A stretch of DNA of 62,151 nucleotides, filler included, from Circinaria calcarea (taxonomy: Eukaryota), in NCBI GenBank assembly GCA_051942165.1. It is 3 parts of 3 records of this genome, joined end to end, with 100 filler letters (N's around TTAATTAATTAA, not from the genome) between each part and the next. Parts side by side here need not be neighbours in the genome. Positions count along the whole stretch, not along the records: positions 1 to 20,701 come from JAVECS010000167.1; 2 more parts are not named here. One strand, given 5' to 3'. Positions 1 to 13,400 of this stretch are shown here, piece after piece. Made by a program: the position numbers and the translations under genes. Numbering within the stretch: the first letter of the stretch is position 1; each line of letters opens with the position of its first letter. The notes below the pieces were generated by a model, which saw only the letters and a program-made list of their open reading frames with translations, ran no database searches and was not told the DNA's origin.

Positions 1-792
1 TCCCAGCCACGCGAAGTAATCCCTGCAAAAGCTCGCACAGGGCTATTGAGCCCATCTGCGCCAACCAGGAGACGGGCGATGACAGGTGACGACTGAGAGG
101 AAATTGTAAGATGGGGATATGAGGAGAGATTTAGGGATGTGAGGGGAGTAGGAGGAGACCCGTGAGTAATGGAGGTTAGCTTTGTAGGAGAGAAGATGGT
201 GATAGGGGGAAGGGTCGATAGCCGCTTGAGCAGGCTGCGGGTGAGATTTGAGTTCTCCATCATTGTGGCGATTGTTTTAGTTGCAGAGGGGACCATTTCG
301 GATGGGGTGGAAGACCAGTCAAATGAAACTCGGGACGAGGTTATGCCATCCCAAACTTGCATCTGGTGGTAGGGTTGGGTGCGTGAGTGATCAATGTGTT
401 GCCATGCGCCGATATTAGAGAGGAAAGATTGGGAAGCGGGGGTTAAGGAACTGGCACGATTGGAATATTGGTCTGATGGTGGATCCCATTCGCCGGAAGG
501 GTTCAAGTCTTGGGATTCAATTAGGGCAAGCTTTAGGGACGACGTTATAGGAGATGCCCCTACATTAACATTTTTAGTATCTCTGATCCCATCGTGAGTG
601 CGAAGAGCTCGGCGTACGCAAAGCTGTCAGCAAGCTTAAACCTGCTGGTCCTCCACCGACACACACGACATCGTAGATTTCCGGGTGCTTTGGAGTATCT
701 GTTGCAAATGTCCTCCTTCGCAAACGTAGTGATTTTGCACATGATGAGCAAACATATGGTCTGATTGGTACGCCACTGGGTAGTGGCTTCAT
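1..792 (-). CDS. COQ6: Ubiquinone biosynthesis FAD monooxygenase Coq6, 5' part (runs off the window start)
   Basis: Exon 1 has a mitochondrial-targeting-like N-terminus and the Rossmann motif YDVVCVGGGPAGLSLL. After a GT..AG intron, exon 2 reads ...SNRASSLTPAS...MQVWDG...ARLLVGADGLNSPVRAFAGITSRGW, typical of UbiH/Coq6. Confidence 0.9.
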
Positions 793-1208
793 GACTCAAA
801 AGATGCGAGCTGCGTGACTACACCAAGTGGACCACCAAGATACTTATGCCATATCACGTAGTTGCCAACAGTTCAGATGATATCCCATATGGTAGCGGGT
901 ATCATTTTAGCTAGCTGGATTGAGAACCCGAACCGCGATCGTGGAACGGGTAAGGATACGCTAAGGTAAGCGAAATCCGGGCACCAACCAGTACTTAGTC
1001 GCAGAAGCTAGCCATTTCCATTCGACATGTCCAATATGTCTGCTGCGGTTGATGTCTTCCTCCCTTGGGGGATCGTTTCAATTCCCAATATATTTAATCT
1101 AACGAGTAACCTGAGCAATTACTCCAATTTCTATACTTAAATATTACTTCACCGTAACAGAGCTATATTCTACATTAGTTCATTCAATATTGCAATTATT
1201 CACCTGCA

Positions 1209-1679
1209 ATGTCCGCCCAAGATCTAGTCCAGATATTCGCCTTCGTCAAATGTCGTCCCGACCTCTCCGAGGAGCAATTCCACCATTATTGGGGGAATGC
1301 TCATGGCCCAAAGGTTGCTCCATGAACTCTTAAGTACGGTTCTTATGGATACACGCAGGCATCCTTTTTTTTTTGGTCTTCATTTACTCCCGCGGCCCCC
1401 CAAAAGCCCCATCAGCTTTCTTCTCCTCAAGTTTCGCATCGGCGAGTCTCCACTCAATATCATGTCTGACCCCCTCTCCTTCCCTCTAGGTCCACAGACC
1501 CCAACATGCGCTCCCAATGGTTCACCTTCTTTCTCATTCTTCTACTTACAATCGAGTTTGACGGTTACGCGACCTTTGAAGTCGAATCTTTCGAAAAGCT
1601 CAAAGCAGGGCTCCTGGATCCCTACTATATCAATGTCATCGCGCCGGACGAGCGCGAGTTCCTAGACAAGAGTGATTAG
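1209..1679 (+). pseudogene. EthD-domain (dimeric alpha-beta barrel) protein pseudogene
   Basis: ATG 1209 gives MSAQDLVQIFAFVKCRPDLSEEQFHHYWGNAHGPKVAP*TLKYGSYGYTQ, with TGA at 1323-1325 where Trp is expected. Exon 2 from about 1490 needs a frameshift to reach IEFDGYATFEVESFEKLKAGLLDPYYINVIAPDEREFLDKSD*, which matches the EthD C-terminal motif. Confidence 0.75.
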
Positions 1680-2290
1680 GGTATGCTAGTATGAGTGTTA
1701 ACCTGTTGCTCGACCGGAATGAACTGTGCCAACCCTGTTTCAAGAATCGACGCCATTATCCGGTTCGTGGAACAAGGTCGGCACAGTGCATTCCGTCCGA
1801 GCAATACGTTAAGGGATATGATTTCACTGGCCATGGTACTTATCATCGATCACATCGGTAGCTTTAAAAAAGGGAAGACATTGTGACTATCGGGACATGA
1901 TTTGAATTCGATTGAAGAAATGGCGTTAAATTAAAGGTAATTACTGGCAAACTCCATAACCAGCACTTACTAGACAGCATAAGAGTAAACGATCCAGACA
2001 AAAAGCTTTAGAAAAGTCGTGTCAACCGTATAAAATATCGCAAAGGGGAAACTAGGATAGGATATCGACTAAACGCCAACGAAAAGCAGAGAAACAACAA
2101 AGAATGAATTAAAGCCGATCAGGCACGTAATATATGGACAGCACTGTAACAACAAAAACGACAGGAAGCCATACCATACAAATACTGTGCATCATTCCCG
2201 CTAGCACCGTGTCTCAGCTGTGGGGATGAGGATCCATGGACGGAGAAGACCTTCGAGTGGTCCCAGAGATTTAGAATAACCTAGCCTTGG

Positions 2291-3123
2291 TTAGTGTTCT
2301 ACTTGCAGTGATTTAGAGGGTAGCGAAGAATCGGAATGAATGCTGAAAGGACGAAGATGGATAGCCATAGACACGCAAAACTTGACAACTTGACCTGCTC
2401 CTGCTGCTATTAGTTTACGTGTCGAGGGGCCTGCCCCACGTGATTTCTCGTGGCTCATCGTCTGGTTTGAAGGATGGTTCTGTTGTCTCTGAGCCCTGAT
2501 GGATTCACCTGCTTTTCCGGAAAGTGGTACGCTCGGTAAACTTGTTGGCCTTTTTAGTTTGTTGATCATGTTTTGATACGAAGAATCATCCAAGCATGCA
2601 CGAATATCGCAAGTGAGATTATGCAGACATTGCCGGGAAATAGTTTGTGGGGTCTCAAGGCGCAGAAATGAGGCTATACTCCATTGCCAAGGCTCCCACG
2701 TGACAGGGCCATCTTTGCTCCGATCTTGATATAGATCAATAGCCCCAGGTGGAAGTCTAAAACCAGGAGGGGTCGGATACTTGTAACCGCCTCGTGCCAA
2801 GTGAATGGGCCATACTGGAGGACGCCGATTGCATTTAGATGAGACCTAAATTTCTTGGGTTAGCAGATGGGTTACTGTCAAGGAGGTACCAAACTAACCA
2901 CAAGGCAAGCGAAGAAGTCATCATTTGTAACGTGACGCCTATCCTTGTAAATATCTGGTAGTAGAACAACCCAGTGACCGCCGCTTCCCCTTATGAAGTT
3001 TCCTCCGAATCGGCGATATGGATTGTTGTAGTATTTGACAATTTCTCCTATTCTAGGATCGTCTGGGAGACAACCACCTCCGCAGCGGTCTTGGTGTCCA
3101 CATCCTCTTGTTGGCGCTGCCAT
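2291..3123 (-). CDS. Hypothetical protein, about 259 aa, putative PemK/MazF-like fold (paralog A)
   Basis: Exons 3123-2899 and 2845-2291 are joined by a 53-nt intron (GTTAGT...GCTAAC...TTTAG). Clear motif similarity to 17200-18025. Confidence 0.75.
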
Positions 3124-4236
3124 GTTGTTCTTCTAATAATATGAGATAAATTTATAGAGTATCAATCGACGTACAGAATGGAGAGTAGTAAATGGGATGA
3201 GGTTGATATGGACAGAACAGAAGAGCTTCAGTGCATGTATATATAGAGATACAATCGAGGGATTAGTGATTACCATACCAGGTCACCACTTCAAAGGACT
3301 GAACTGAGATGATACCATACCATTATCCTCCAGCCTTCTATCGTAGACATGGAGAACGCTCATTGAAAGCTGTCTGCTAGAAAACTTCCTAATCCGCTTT
3401 CCCGAGTCATCCATACTCAAATATGGACAATGACATTGTCTGACCGTACAAAGCGCCATATCCCAAGGACAAAGAACCATTGAAGACCAGGAGCAACCTT
3501 AGTATTGCATATGAACAGTACATAGGAACCAAGCGAAGGACCTCAAAGCAGAACATGGTACTCCGCGGAGACTTGATATTTCGAGCCTGTAGCAAGAGTT
3601 TTTCAAACGGACTAGACACTTCGAAAAGACGTCGAAGTCTAAGGCAGAGTACTCAAATCGGAGGAGAGACAGTCTCATAAAAGGGGTTCAGATTTGAAAC
3701 AGGACAGTTTTTCCATCCAGAACTCGGGGGTCATTGTAAAGACGAGACTTCTTGCTACATCAAACGATGAAAATCTCAGAACAATCCTATTGTATCCTTC
3801 ACAAAAATACGGATCGTCCACGATCAGCTCAAGATATGAAAGGGGCGTTGGACATCCCCTTGAGACTATGCTGGCGTGTTATATCTTTGCCAAGTCTGGG
3901 ATAGAATAGCTGTTCGGTGAAATCATGCTGGAGATATTGACGTTTCTGTTGCGTCGTTCATGAAATATCAAGCTCAATGGTGATGAGGAGTAAAAGCTGC
4001 GATGGTGTAGATCCCCTGTCGGGGCTAACTTCTTAGTGCAGTTCGGCAGACCCCGCTGCACAACATATTATCGTCGCTGGTGATTCGTGGCACATTACAT
4101 AGCCATCAAAGCTATTGGTTGCTTTCTAACCTTCCCCACGTAGTAAGGCAATCGTCCACGAATTCGTCTCTTGAAAACCTAGTGGTAAGTCTTATCCAGG
4201 TGCCTTTCAGATAAACCACTCTAATCCGACTAGACT

Positions 4237-4842
4237 ATGATTAAGCAGACCTTGCGAGATGGAGGCGAATGTGATGCCGCCACTACGCGACAGCTGGCAG
4301 AACGTAATTTGGATATGTTAAAGGCCAAGTTCTCTCAACCATCAGTCATTCAGCAGAAGTTTTCCCTCGCAGCCGAAGCCAAAGCCAACGGTACCTTCAC
4401 CAACCCTCCTCTGCCTTACGCTCCAAGGCATCTTCTATTTTACGGCTCCTTGATGGACCCAGAAATCCTACAGACCGTCCTCAACCTCCCCGAAGCGCCC
4501 TCTCTTCGTGATGGCAGCATTAAGGATTACACGATGAGAATGTGGGGCATTTACCCAGCTCTTGTACCATCCAAGGGGTCAAGGATTGAAGGCAAAGTGT
4601 ACTTGTGTGAAACAGCCCAGCATTTTCTGCACCTAATCGCGTACGAGACAGGCGCATACCAATGGGTACCTTGCCGAATAGAGCTGCAGAACGGAGATAT
4701 CATTGAGCGTGGTCGAGTATTTGTTTGGGCTGGAAAGCCAGATAGCAAGGAGTTAATTGACGGCAGTTTCGACTTCGCCAGATATCAGCAATATTTTAAG
4801 CCATCGGTGCTCAAAAAGCAAGCCCATGGTGGTATTATATAA
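4237..4842 (+). CDS. Gamma-glutamylcyclotransferase / AIG2-like protein
   Basis: Intact 201-aa ORF with LFYGSLMDPEIL, YPALVP, IEGKVY and L..YET..Y motifs. Confidence 0.85.
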   Translation: MIKQTLRDGGECDAATTRQLAERNLDMLKAKFSQPSVIQQKFSLAAEAKANGTFTNPPLPYAPRHLLFYGSLMDPEILQTVLNLPEAPSLRDGSIKDYTMRMWGIYPALVPSKGSRIEGKVYLCETAQHFLHLIAYETGAYQWVPCRIELQNGDIIERGRVFVWAGKPDSKELIDGSFDFARYQQYFKPSVLKKQAHGGII

Positions 4843-5637
4843 CTGATTTCATGATTCTGCACGCAGGTATAGACCATCAATGCCCTTTTTAGCTATAGTT
4901 TTCCCCCCACTTCTCCTTTAAAGCCGTGCCAACAGAAAGGAGGTGCGTTACAGGGAGGGCGTTACGTCTTCAGCAGGCTGCATGGTATAATCGGAATGTA
5001 TGTATTATAAAGGCTACTGAAATACTATGTTGCTACTATGAAAACACTGTGTGTTTGTAGAGAGTGTGTGTGAAATATGTGGGGGAGAATACTCAGGGGA
5101 TTGCTGAGACATGGAGCGAATGTTTCCCCGCCATGCGCTCCAATCATAACATTCGATTATTTTTAGCTGGTTTTGGCAACGCCGGTTTTCACTAGCTAGA
5201 TCATCCGTCCAGACTAAGTTCTTAGTGCCACGCGGCTGATCCCATTGCTTCGATCTCTCATCTCTCATCTCGAGTCCTTCTCTTCCTCAGCCCTCCTGAT
5301 AACGCTTGCGTGCAGATAACCTTTCCCACTAGTTAGATCCTAGTCACACCCCACGTCTTGAGGCTCACAATTGCATTGACACCGCCGTGTAGCGACGAAC
5401 TCGTCGTATTGTGAAACTGGCTTGATAATGAGCCAGCTCTTCGCACTGCTATAGCCATAGGATTTGATCAAGCATTCTGTACAAGGTATGATTGGCTGAG
5501 AGCATTATTCCGTGCCTACCTAACTCTCTCTGAATATAGCGAAAATCACCCTCAACCCCCCCAAGTGATGTCAAGTGGGCATCTCCGTGGTTAACTACTT
5601 ACTCGCCTTTTAAGAACATACTCATGCTTCTATCCTG

Positions 5638-8600
5638 ATGGCTCAGCCTATCTCGTTTCAACGCGAGACTCATTCGGGGACAAAACATTGTACCGCTCTC
5701 TGGCCTGAGGGGAAGAGCACCGTCTTTGCTAGGCTACCACATTATGATTTACTTACCTTCATGGCTATGGCGCAGAGGCTGCCTACTCTCCATCTCTTCG
5801 ATTTCGTTCCGACCTTTAGGCAAGTTAATTCTAGGAGAGGTCTAAGTGGAGCGGTCCATGCAGCTTCCCTATCATCTGAGCTGGGTATCGTTTTCAAGCG
5901 ATTCCATGTGACGCTTGATTTTACCGAGGAAACGGCGTACAAAGCGCTTATATGCGAACTTATGGTACTGGAACATCCTATTTTGAAGCAACATCGAAAC
6001 ATACAGGAGCTTCTTGGAGTAGCGTGGGATGTTCAAATATTTCAAGGAACATTAGTCCGTGTTATGCCTGTTCTCGTTTTCAAAAGATCCGATCGTGGTA
6101 CGCTGGTAGATTTCATGAACTCCGGGGTGTCCTATATACAGAGAGTACGATTTTGTAGAGATATCGGAAAGGCTATACAAGCAATGCATAAGCTCAGTAA
6201 GTATTACATCCCTGCACAAGAAACTGAATCTGACAGCAATTCGTACAGATATCGTGCATGGTGATATTAAACCTGATAATATCTTGATTTTCAAAGACGA
6301 AACTGGCTTTATGGCTAAAGTTATTGATTTTGGTTGCTCCTGTTTTGGATCGAGAAACGATGATCTGGTGTTGTTAAGCCGTACAGCTCAGTGGGCAGCT
6401 CCTGAAGTCGGTACCTCACATATATCTATTGAAGCAGCTAAGCTAGCTGACATATACTCCTACGGTATGCTGTGCGCTTGGATATTTTTCGGGCAGGGTA
6501 TGCCTGTTACTGACTTTGTTCGCCTGCCTTCTAACTTCGACCAAGCTGCGGAACACCTGATGCAGATAAAGGAGACAGGATTAGAACAATCACAAGATAC
6601 GTCCGTTGCTATAAATAGAAGTGTGCAGGGCATGAGGATTTTTTTCGAGTCCAGCTTCCAAGCAACGCAAGAGAGACGAGCGCGCGATATAGAATATCTT
6701 CTGGACCAACTGCGCTGTTTGTTGATGGAATGGAATATGGGGTGTGTCCAATGCGATTATCCCTCTACAGAATAGCTTTTACTGATAACCAGATAAGACA
6801 GGGAGGTTCAACTAGTAAGCAATATTGTCTTACAGACATGGTCTTGACCGTAAGTTAAAGAGCCTACCTACTCAGAGCGGTATTGACTATGTAGCTCGTC
6901 GGTGCCACGAGACTCTCTTGTGTTAAAAGTCATGTTCAGGCTTTTATTACACAACTGTTGATCCTCCTAATACTCGGGCGGGAAAATAAGACTTTCATTC
7001 CCGGCCAACCTCAATTGGTGTATGATTTATTACATCTCGATGCTCTTCTTTGGTTAGGATCTTTCCTTATAATCTTATTAATCAGTACCGGCGCCATAAC
7101 GTACATTGCGTATCAAACTTCTTCAGGCATTTTCTCAGGTTACGTCAGTTATATCGCTCTGGGGGTCCTTGCAGCCTTACCACTCATACATATTGGAATC
7201 TACCTCTGTTTTTTCGAGGAGTTGAAACATCTTTGGTATAAGCTCCAACATATATGGCGCTCACTCTCCATCTATGGAGAAACACAGCACGCTATACCGC
7301 ACGTAGGTAGCACTGCCAACATTTTCCGCTCGGTATTCGATATGCTAACACATCCCAGTTGCCGGATATATACTCCTTCTTAAACGAGACTCATTATCTT
7401 GTACGGGAGCAGCTTGTTAAAGACCTCGAGAGGAGGATACAGAGGGGCTGTATAAAATGTAAACCAGATGCTGCACTTCAGCTTGCTCTGTGTTATTATA
7501 CCGCTCTCGGAACTCCAAAAAATACAACCGCATCCGAACGTTGGCTTAAGTATGCCCAAAAAACCGAGAGACATTTAGGAAAACTGTGTAAAGATGTTGA
7601 CTACAGTATAAATCTGAATGTTCGTACCAAGCTTGTGATTCTTGAAGGTAAAGAATTTAGATCTTACAGCCATATGTTCACTGTTCGAGATAAGGATAAA
7701 TATTTCGAGAATATACTTCCAACCCTGATAAGAAGGATTTCACAGGAGATTGAGGGGAAGGAAGCGTCCAAGGTGGGCCTACAAACCATCGCATCGTTGC
7801 ACTGGGAACTAGCCACGATATACTGGGTGCATAACGATCTCGAATTAGCAGAATACCATTTCAGGGCCGAAAAACTCATATATTTGGAACGTCCATTTTT
7901 GGGACCTTGTAAATACATTTCTGCAAGGACTTCACATAAAAGAGAGCGTCAGTCTTACGCAACTTCCACCGCTCTTGCGACAGTACTTGACGCCCAAGGG
8001 AGGGAGAGCGAAGCATTAAAAGAACTCCAAGCCGATAGATATTTAATGAAAAATCCGAACGGAAGTCATCCTGACTGGGCAATACTTTCTGTAACACTTG
8101 AGAAACGAGATTTCGTTTCAAGGGCCATGCTAGCAAATCTCCTCATCCGACAGGAGTGCTCAGATATAGCATTAAGATTGGATCTTCTTTCTGACCTTGA
8201 TGATATTCGATTTCATCGAGACAAGGATAGCTATATTATGACGCAGTGTTTAGAGAATATACTAGCACTTGCGCAATTGCTTTTTAAACAAATGCGGAAG
8301 GATACGGCTGCAGATCTTCTCCGAAAAAGATTAAAAGCACATGTCGAAATGTTTGGTACGTTACACCCAAGGACAATGAAAGCCACGAGCGACTTTATCT
8401 TCATACTATCTAATATGGAAGATGAACAACTCGACGAGGCCATATGCCTACAACCCCCGACACTGGACAACTTCTCTGAGGAGGTGAACACAGAGGTCTT
8501 GTTATTTAAAACTGCCTTTGCGCTTGCACTTTCTAAGAAGGGACGCATCGATGATGCCATTGCTGAGATAGATCTAATTCTGCAGTATAAGAAGCGAAAT

Positions 8601-10409
8601 TGGACTCATGGAGAGTACGTGACTCAGGGTTGTATTAGCGACCTCGCTAGCAGCCTTTGTGTACAGGGTGAGGGAGAATATGGAATGCCAGCACTCATGC
8701 AGCATGAAATGTTAGAAATCTCTAAAAAGACGCAGAGTCTAGAAGTCAAGGCGCAAATCATTGCTATTTTATGCACTCTGCCTAGACTAGGCGCACTCGA
8801 TGAGGTTCTGACAGGAATGAGATTGCTGGAGGAAGCTCTAAGAAATTTATGTCAAGATCAGAGGGATCGAATCAAGATGCAAGGATTTATCGTGTTCATT
8901 CTCGCAAACCTTGGCCTTTGCTTCGAGAATCCGCTCCTAGTAGGCGAAGCATTGGATCTTAGCATCGCTCTAAAAGAAGAGGTAGTTGAGAAGCCTGGTT
9001 GGAACGAGATAGACCGCCTGTCTGTTATGCGATCGCTAGCCTCTGTTTATTGGATAAAAAGCTTCATCGCCTGCCAGTGTCATGGGTTTGGGATTCATGA
9101 TCTGAGCTGGATGGATCAAGCGGAGCAGATCCATCGCGAAGCAATATGTATGGCGACCGCAAGCTTTGGTGATGACCATGAAGAAACAGTTCATACGATT
9201 GAAAAGATGGACAGTCTTCTTGCTCGCCATGGGACAGCACAGGCTGATCCTTACCGACTCAACGTACTGCACAGCCTTTTGAGAAAGGAATTCCTAGGAC
9301 CTGGCTGGTATAACGGTTGCTGGGGCTCTAAATTTCTAGATTTCTATGATGCTCTTGACAAGTATAATGCTCAAGACGCATACTTTCATAAGGGGCAGGA
9401 GAGGTATTTAGAGGAAACGCTTGGAGAGGAGCACCCTGGAGTTCTTGCCGAAATTGAGCGGCAAGCTCGAATCAACCCACAGTACGAAATCTTTAAAGAT
9501 ACCCGAAAGCCTTTGATCTATGTCCTGGAGAGTATTCGCAAATACTATAAACATAGCAACATGAAGCCAGATTATCATCCGCAAGTCATCAGGACCCTTG
9601 AGGCCCTTGCTCAGGCATATCGGCGGGAAGGTAAAACATTTCAATCTCTGGCAACCTCGAAGTATGTTTTGCATCTTGCACGCAAGACATTCACAGGAGG
9701 CGACCGCCACCCTAGTTTTATAGCGTATCGCATACGCTTGATGAAAACTCTGTTTCAAGATAACGTGACATTCGCCAAGAAGGTTGAGAATGCTAGAGAG
9801 CTTCTGAAATTGTCTACAGAAACTTTGGGTATACAACACACTCAAACCCTATCGTGTATGAATGCACTTGCCGAAATCCTTTGTGAGCAAGATCAGAATA
9901 GTGAGGCAATGCATCTGATGCAAGATGCTTTGGAGCTCGGCCTGCCATTCTTAGGTGTTAACCACAGTATTGTCTCGCAATCGTGGACTAATTTACTGGC
10001 GGCAATGAATTATGCCACTCGTGACAGCGGAGACTTGTTGGTCAGAGTTGAGGAGATTATACACAGCCTCAGAGTCGCTTCACAACCGTCGGAACCTATA
10101 TTCTTCGATTCAGCGAGTCTCCTACGGGTCTTCGCTGAGGTAAAGCGTATGACTTTAGGGGCGATTGTTCTTGGGGACGAACACAAGTTTACAAGGTCTG
10201 TTAGGGATTCATTCATTCTTCTACTTTGGTATGGCTGCAATTTGAGGTTCGACGTAGCGGTTCAAGCGCTGCAAAGATTAAAGGACATACCGTGGGCAGG
10301 GTTCAGGCCTTCAGTGACATTTGAGGATAATTACGGATCACTTGAGGCGATATTTAATAGACTGAAAGTATACCTGGATATACCCAAGGACCGTTTATCC
10401 CGCTTTTAG
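5638..10409 (+). CDS. Multi-exon protein kinase - hydrophobic/TM segment - Sel1/TPR-repeat protein
   Basis: Kinase motifs VFKR, HGDIKPDN, DFG, APE and DIYSYG, with introns 6197-6248, 6850-6894 and 7303-7358. These are followed by 2-3 hydrophobic segments and about 1000 aa of Sel1/kinesin-light-chain-type TPR motifs (AALQLALCY, FGTLHPRTM, LGEEHP, LGIQHTQTL). The splice donor near 6742-6746 is ambiguous, so kinase and TPR parts could be separate genes. Confidence 0.7.
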
Positions 10410-13400
10410 GCATAACAACGCTCAATCCCGTTCGCAACAAGTATTTCGAACAATTCCATTGGGCGTAATCCTGAATCCAAACTCGCCAGCTCTCCATTCA
10501 GACAAGTTTTCACTGCGTCACGATACACTGCGCCCATAGTACTTCCTAGTTGAGGGACGACGTCCAATAACCAATTTGGATTTGTGTTCTCCGGAAGACG
10601 GTCTGCTCTGTCAGCTTGGACTATAACCTCAACTGGTCTCCACAAGCCAAGTTCGAGCAAGACAACCCCCATACTGTAATAATCGAATTCTGGATGGTAT
10701 CTGCGCATCGAGTGGGAGTCTCGATGCTTAGGATGCTGGTACGGTTTCTGGCTCTGCTCACGAGACGGTCCAGACGTGAATTCAATTTCCTTATCGGGTC
10801 GACTGTGATCAAAGCCAACCAGGAAAGGCTGCTGGAGAGCGCGACTTAAATCGATGTGTTCTACTTCTTTTATTGGCTCTCTCTGGCTATCCCCCTCTGC
10901 TTTTGCACTATGCTGACTCGTTACTAAGGAAGCTGAAGAAGCGGTCTCAGAGGTAGATGCTAGTGGCTGTGAATCTAATCTCCTATCGCGGGCTTTCCTT
11001 GAAAAGGCGTTAAAAATGTTTTTCGAAAGCTTTTTTTTCCCAATCTGACGCGGACTTGGGAGTATATGCTTTTCATCCCTGATTGGAGGCGCAGGCTGTA
11101 ATTTCTTCTCCGATGTATTAGTGACGGCCACATAGGCTTGCGACAACTCATTGTCGAAGAATAGAACGTTAAGAGAGGAGATGTTCTTATGCAGCCATCC
11201 AGTCTTGTGAACAGCCAAAACACAACGTGCAAGACTCTGTGCAAGATTGAATAGAGTTCCGAGATTAGGCCGTTGGCAGCCGAGAATTAAGCTCTTTAGG
11301 CTTACGGGTTTAAGCGATAAAGAAAACAGCGGTGGGAAGCCGTAGACCAGACTAATTGCGTTATGCGAGAGATCTAAAAAGTAACCCGTGCATTGAAGTA
11401 CTCGAAAGTAATCTGGCATTTCTGGATTGTTCAAGAGCTCTGCCAGGGCATCTGCACGATTATACAATTCATCCCCGTGGTGTTGTCCAAGCCAATCGGG
11501 GTCGTATGACATTTGCTCGATTAATACAGTTTTCTCAACGCCTTCCATTTCAGAGATTGTCCCGAAGCAGTGAATACCGAGCTTCGTCGATACTGGAACT
11601 TGATGATCCGTTAAAAGAAGTCTCTTTCTCGCATTGGGTTGAAACTGGTGTACTCGAGCTGTCAAGTATTTGATCGTTGATAACAGGGTAAGATTTCTGC
11701 TCAGACTACCTTCGTCAAGGTCATGCAGTTTTCCAAGGGTATAAACGTTATTGGCGCTTAGTATTTGATTCTCAAGCAAGCCATTCATCATATGTACTAA
11801 GGGTCGAGGAGGAAGAGCCCATAGCCCATCGTTCAGTAGGCTTAGTTGACGTCGGTGAATTTCCGTTGCTGGAAGTACATGCTGCTTGGCGCTGTGAACA
11901 ATATCGCGTTTTTTCCAAAATTTCCGGGTAAGTTCTTTGTTTTCTTTTATAAGATTAACTTCAGAAAGAAAGGCCAGCAAAAGCTTGTGAATCTCGGCGA
12001 AAACCTGTCTGGAGCCCAAAAGCCACTGACGTAGTGAGTCGTTTCTGAGAGAAGCAGGAACTTCGAAGCCAGAATAATCTTCGAGTAGTTTAGCACTCCA
12101 TCCCCATAGAATAAATCTCTTACGCTCAATATCAAGCAAAGTATCATCCAACCAAAATTCGCGGGTCGCTTCGAAAACTCTGCACACGGTCTTGACTATG
12201 GTCTCTTGCGCTCGTAAGAAGATCTGAATAGTCACGCTATCTGCTGTAGGTCGGCTATCTGGGTTAAATGCTAGCATGTCTCTAATAAGTAATAGATGCT
12301 TTTGTTGGATATTCGTAATTTGATTACTCAGAGAGTCTAGCATTCCGGTAACAGCTGGATTGGGTTTGTCGTGGGAATGAAAAAGATAGGCCGTATACTC
12401 GCCGGCCCAAAGCGTCGTCCGTCGCTTTTTCTGGAAGTCCTCAACCGCTTGCGCTTTGTTCTCAGGGTGAAGGTTATGAATGAGAATCTCAAGTAAAATG
12501 CAGCCAAATGACCAGATATCACTAGCGCGACCCACGATTCCCTTCGAGAATGTGTCGTCTTGTAGGGGTTCACATTCGGGAGCCAGATAGTCGCCATTAC
12601 CGGCTGCAAATATTGTTTTCGACGTCTCGGGACGGAGTCTAGAGAGCCCAAAATCGGCGAGGAGGAGCTTCCTTTGCCGAATTAGAATGTTCCTAGGGGC
12701 GAGATCATAATGACATCCGATTAGCTCCAGGTCATACTCTTTAGAACAATACTGATGCAGATTCTCAATTGCGGAAGAAAGACCGTACAGCTGCTGAAGC
12801 AGAGCATGCTCGAAGGGGAAGAACACGCTCAATGCATCTCTTTCTTTATCGCGTAACACTTTGGAGAGAGTCGCATCAGCTCGCGGGAATAGGAAGTTAT
12901 GTTCTGGAGGATCGTTCAACACTGTATAAGAAGCTAGAAGCTCAATGATGTTCTCGTGTCTCAACGACTTGAGTAATGATAGGATCCTTTGTTCGCTCTT
13001 AAATTCGCGGTGTGCTTGTTCCAGAAGTCTGCCACCATGGGCGTCCGTTTCGAACCTGAGTAGCTTCCGGACAATGGTGACCTGCAAGGTGTTAGAAATG
13101 CATATACTATGCCTACTATCTCTTACCTGATCGCCCCCCTGAAACCCAAATCCATGATGAGTACTAGGTAAAGTGACTTCGTACACGTCCCCAAAACCCC
13201 CCCCACCTATCCATTTACTTTTAACAAAAGGTATGACAATGTCGGTTTGATATATACGGTGAGCGCGCCCCTCTTCAAAGTAGGGAGCTATCACTTCCCA
13301 CTGGTGTCTTTGAATATCAAAAATCGCATCGTTATCATTCATAAGAATCCTTGTTAAGGTCTCCTGTTCGAATGGAAGCCTCGAGTCCAAATGCCCTGTT

